64,000 nucleotides of DNA. It comes from an uncultured Holophagales bacterium. Lineage in GTDB: Bacteria > Acidobacteriota > Thermoanaerobaculia > UBA5066. The notes beneath the pieces are model-generated. The model had not been told where the DNA came from, ran no database searches, and worked only from the letters and a program-made list of their open reading frames with translations. A program made the translations under genes and the position numbers. Below are positions 62,310 through 64,000 of this stretch, one piece after another (within the stretch, counting starts at the first letter, position 1; every line of letters starts with the position of its first letter). Location: contig CAZLQX010000003.1 of assembly GCA_964561935.1 (NCBI GenBank), forward strand, positions 66,848-130,847, written 5' to 3'.

Positions 62310-63083
62310 TCAGAACCTCAAGGAGAGACAGCTGAGGCCGCCGTCGAGCTTCCGGAACTCGGACATCCCGAGGGCGACCGTCGGGAGGCCGCGGGAGCGG
62401 AGCGCGGCCTCGAAGCGGGGGAAGCCCTCCGCGAGGAGGACGGTGCCGTTCACGAGGACGGCGTTCGCGGCGTACTCCTCGCCGTCGGGGACGCGGAGGA
62501 GGTCCCATCCGGCGAGCTCGCGGCGGGACGCGAAGGGGGCCGAGACGGCGAGCGTCCGCCCCCCGAGCCAGGCGATCCCGCTCTTGAGGTGCAGGAGGCC
62601 GGGAATCCTGCGGACGTCGACGAGGGTCGCGCCGAGGCCGCGGCTCGCGAGGTGCCCGGCGAGCTGCCGTGCCCCCTCCGCGTTCGTCCGCTCCGATACG
62701 CCGACGAAGACGTGGTCGCCCGCCTCGCAGACGTCGCCGCCGTCGACGGTCCCGGGAGCCTCGATGGCGGCGACGTCGGGGAAGAAGGGCTCGATCGCCG
62801 GCCGGACCGCCTCGACCTCGCCGGCGCGGCTCGGCGCGCCGGGCCGGCAGAGGACGGCGAGGCCGCGCGCGAGGACGGCCGTGTCCTCGACGAACGTCGA
62901 GTCGGGGAAGCGGTCGTCCGGGGGAAGGGCGGTGACGGCGAGCCCGAGCGCCTCGAGCGCGCGGACGTAGGCCCCGTGCTGGTCGCGGGCGAGCGCGAGG
63001 TCGGGAAGGCCGAGGCCGGCGGTCGTGAGACCCTCGGCGAAACGGCCGCACGGCGGCCGGACGATCGCGCGCGCGAAGCTCAC
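62310..63083 (-). CDS. N(G),N(G)-dimethylarginine dimethylaminohydrolase (DDAH) / amidinotransferase-superfamily protein
   Basis: GTG start overlaps the mazG stop (GTGA). Contains VSFARAIVRPP… and a C-terminal catalytic-Cys motif (KLDGGLSCLSLRF). Confidence 0.75.
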   Translation of the reverse strand: MSFARAIVRPPCGRFAEGLTTAGLGLPDLALARDQHGAYVRALEALGLAVTALPPDDRFPDSTFVEDTAVLARGLAVLCRPGAPSRAGEVEAVRPAIEPFFPDVAAIEAPGTVDGGDVCEAGDHVFVGVSERTNAEGARQLAGHLASRGLGATLVDVRRIPGLLHLKSGIAWLGGRTLAVSAPFASRRELAGWDLLRVPDGEEYAANAVLVNGTVLLAEGFPRFEAALRSRGLPTVALGMSEFRKLDGGLSCLSLRF

Positions 63084-63910
63084 GGCGCCTCCTCGCGCTT
63101 CACCGCGTCCCACGTCGCGTCGAGCTCGGAGAGGGACGTGTCGCGCACCTCGCGGCCGGCCGCGCGGACGCGCCGCGCGACCTCCTCGAAGCGCCTCACG
63201 AACTTCCCGTTCGTCGCCTGGAGCGCCGCCTCCGGGTCGACCCCGTGCCGCCTCGCGACGTTCACGACGGTGAAGAGGATGTCGCCGATCTCGTGGGCGA
63301 TCGAGTCCTTCGTCGCCCCCTCCGCGAGGAGCTCGGCCTTGAACTCGGCGACCTCCTCGTCGAGCTTGACGAGGACGTCCGCGTCGCGCTCCCAGTCGAA
63401 GCCGAGGTCGGCCGCACGGGACGTGACGCGGACGGCCTTCAGGAGGGCGGGGAGCGTCCTCGGGAGGCCCTCGAACGGAGAGGGGACCGCCCCGGCATCG
63501 CCGCGGGCGGCGCGCTCCCCCTCCTTGAGCTTCTCCCACTGGACCTTCACGGCCTCGGCGTCCGCGACCTCCTTCTCGCCGAAGACGTGCGGGTGGCGGG
63601 CGACCATCTTCGCGTGGACCCGCTCCGCGAGCGAGGCGAGGTCGAAGGCGCCCGCCTCGCGCCCGAGCTCCGCGAGGAAGACGATCTCGAAGAGGAGGTC
63701 GCCGAGCTCGCCTTCGAGCGCGTCGAGGTCCCGCCGCGCGAGGGCGTCGAGCGCCTCGTGGCACTCCTCGAGGAGGTAGCCCGAGAGGTCGGCGAAGGTC
63801 TGCTTCCGGTCCCAGGGGCACTCGGCCCGGAGGCGGGCCATGAGCCGGACGAGGGCGGCGGCGGCCTCTCCGGCGGCCTCGGGGCGCAGGGAGCTCGGCG
63901 GAATCGTCAC
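63080..63910 (-). CDS. mazG: nucleoside triphosphate pyrophosphohydrolase MazG
   Basis: Has two MazG EExxE repeats (LLEECHEALDA…, LDEEVAEFKAE…) and WEKLK. Confidence 0.85.
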   Translation of the reverse strand: MTIPPSSLRPEAAGEAAAALVRLMARLRAECPWDRKQTFADLSGYLLEECHEALDALARRDLDALEGELGDLLFEIVFLAELGREAGAFDLASLAERVHAKMVARHPHVFGEKEVADAEAVKVQWEKLKEGERAARGDAGAVPSPFEGLPRTLPALLKAVRVTSRAADLGFDWERDADVLVKLDEEVAEFKAELLAEGATKDSIAHEIGDILFTVVNVARRHGVDPEAALQATNGKFVRRFEEVARRVRAAGREVRDTSLSELDATWDAVKREEAP

Positions 63911-64000
63911 GGGAGCCTCCTCGTCGCGGCGCCGGGGAGAAGATCCCCTAGAATGAAGCGCCCGAACGAGGCCTTATGGCAGAAGCAACCAGGACGATCA

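Noticed and set aside
63953-64000. Possible start of a plus-strand gene at the window edge (ATGAAGCGCCCG… / ATGGCAGAAGCAACC…)
   Set aside because: Only about 15 codons are visible, with no motif and no clear SD. There is too little sequence to support a call.
1-64000. Search for CRISPR arrays, rRNA and tRNA genes in intergenic regions
   Set aside because: None of the intergenic gaps of 100-250 bp showed evenly spaced direct repeats, other than the REP-like array at 49338-49518, or tRNA/rRNA-like conserved stretches. Without a covariance-model search I cannot exclude small ncRNAs.

Overview
This is a high-GC (about 70%) chromosomal segment, read entirely from sequence without tools. The gene content looks like an Acidobacteria-like soil bacterium. 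Evidence is a giant GWxQ/VWA secreted protein, many TPR and secreted proteins, frequent GTG/TTG starts, and 4-nt xTGA start/stop overlaps between adjacent genes. I support about 57 protein-coding genes. I saw no rRNA, tRNA or CRISPR array.

Most long ORFs in the six-frame track are Arg/Pro/Gly-rich artefacts of GC-rich DNA and were rejected. Real genes were recognised by conserved domain motifs. Many starts were re-set to internal ATG/GTG/TTG codons that have Shine-Dalgarno-like sequences.

Notable loci:
- Candidate conflict/defence locus (43.2-46.8 kb). A catalytically degenerate Y1 (IS200/RayT-like) transposase fused to a DnaA-C-type HTH lies divergently next to an 857-aa alpha/beta-hydrolase-CHAT (caspase-like His/Cys) fusion protein. 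A REP-like tandem hairpin repeat array lies about 2.5 kb downstream of the CHAT gene, about 5 kb from the transposase-like gene.
- Cell-division module. A secreted AP-superfamily phosphodiesterase is followed by an EnvC-like degenerate LytM factor whose signal peptide seems to need a CTG start, then an S41 CtpA homolog with substituted Ser/Lys catalytic residues, then a YibQ-like deacetylase.
- c-di-GMP cluster. It contains a tandem cNMP-binding protein, a small zinc-ribbon ORF, a GGEEL diguanylate cyclase, and a stand-alone degenerate GGDEF that keeps its I-site.
- IS701-family insertion. The transposase ORF has no in-frame stop inside the element. It abuts a peptidoglycan-binding protein that carries a second putative His/Cys domain.
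- Others: a TrmB regulator translationally coupled to a secreted retropepsin-like protease with a PDZ domain; an exported Asp/Glu-racemase-family protein; tandem duplicated thioredoxins; a VOC-GNAT fusion.
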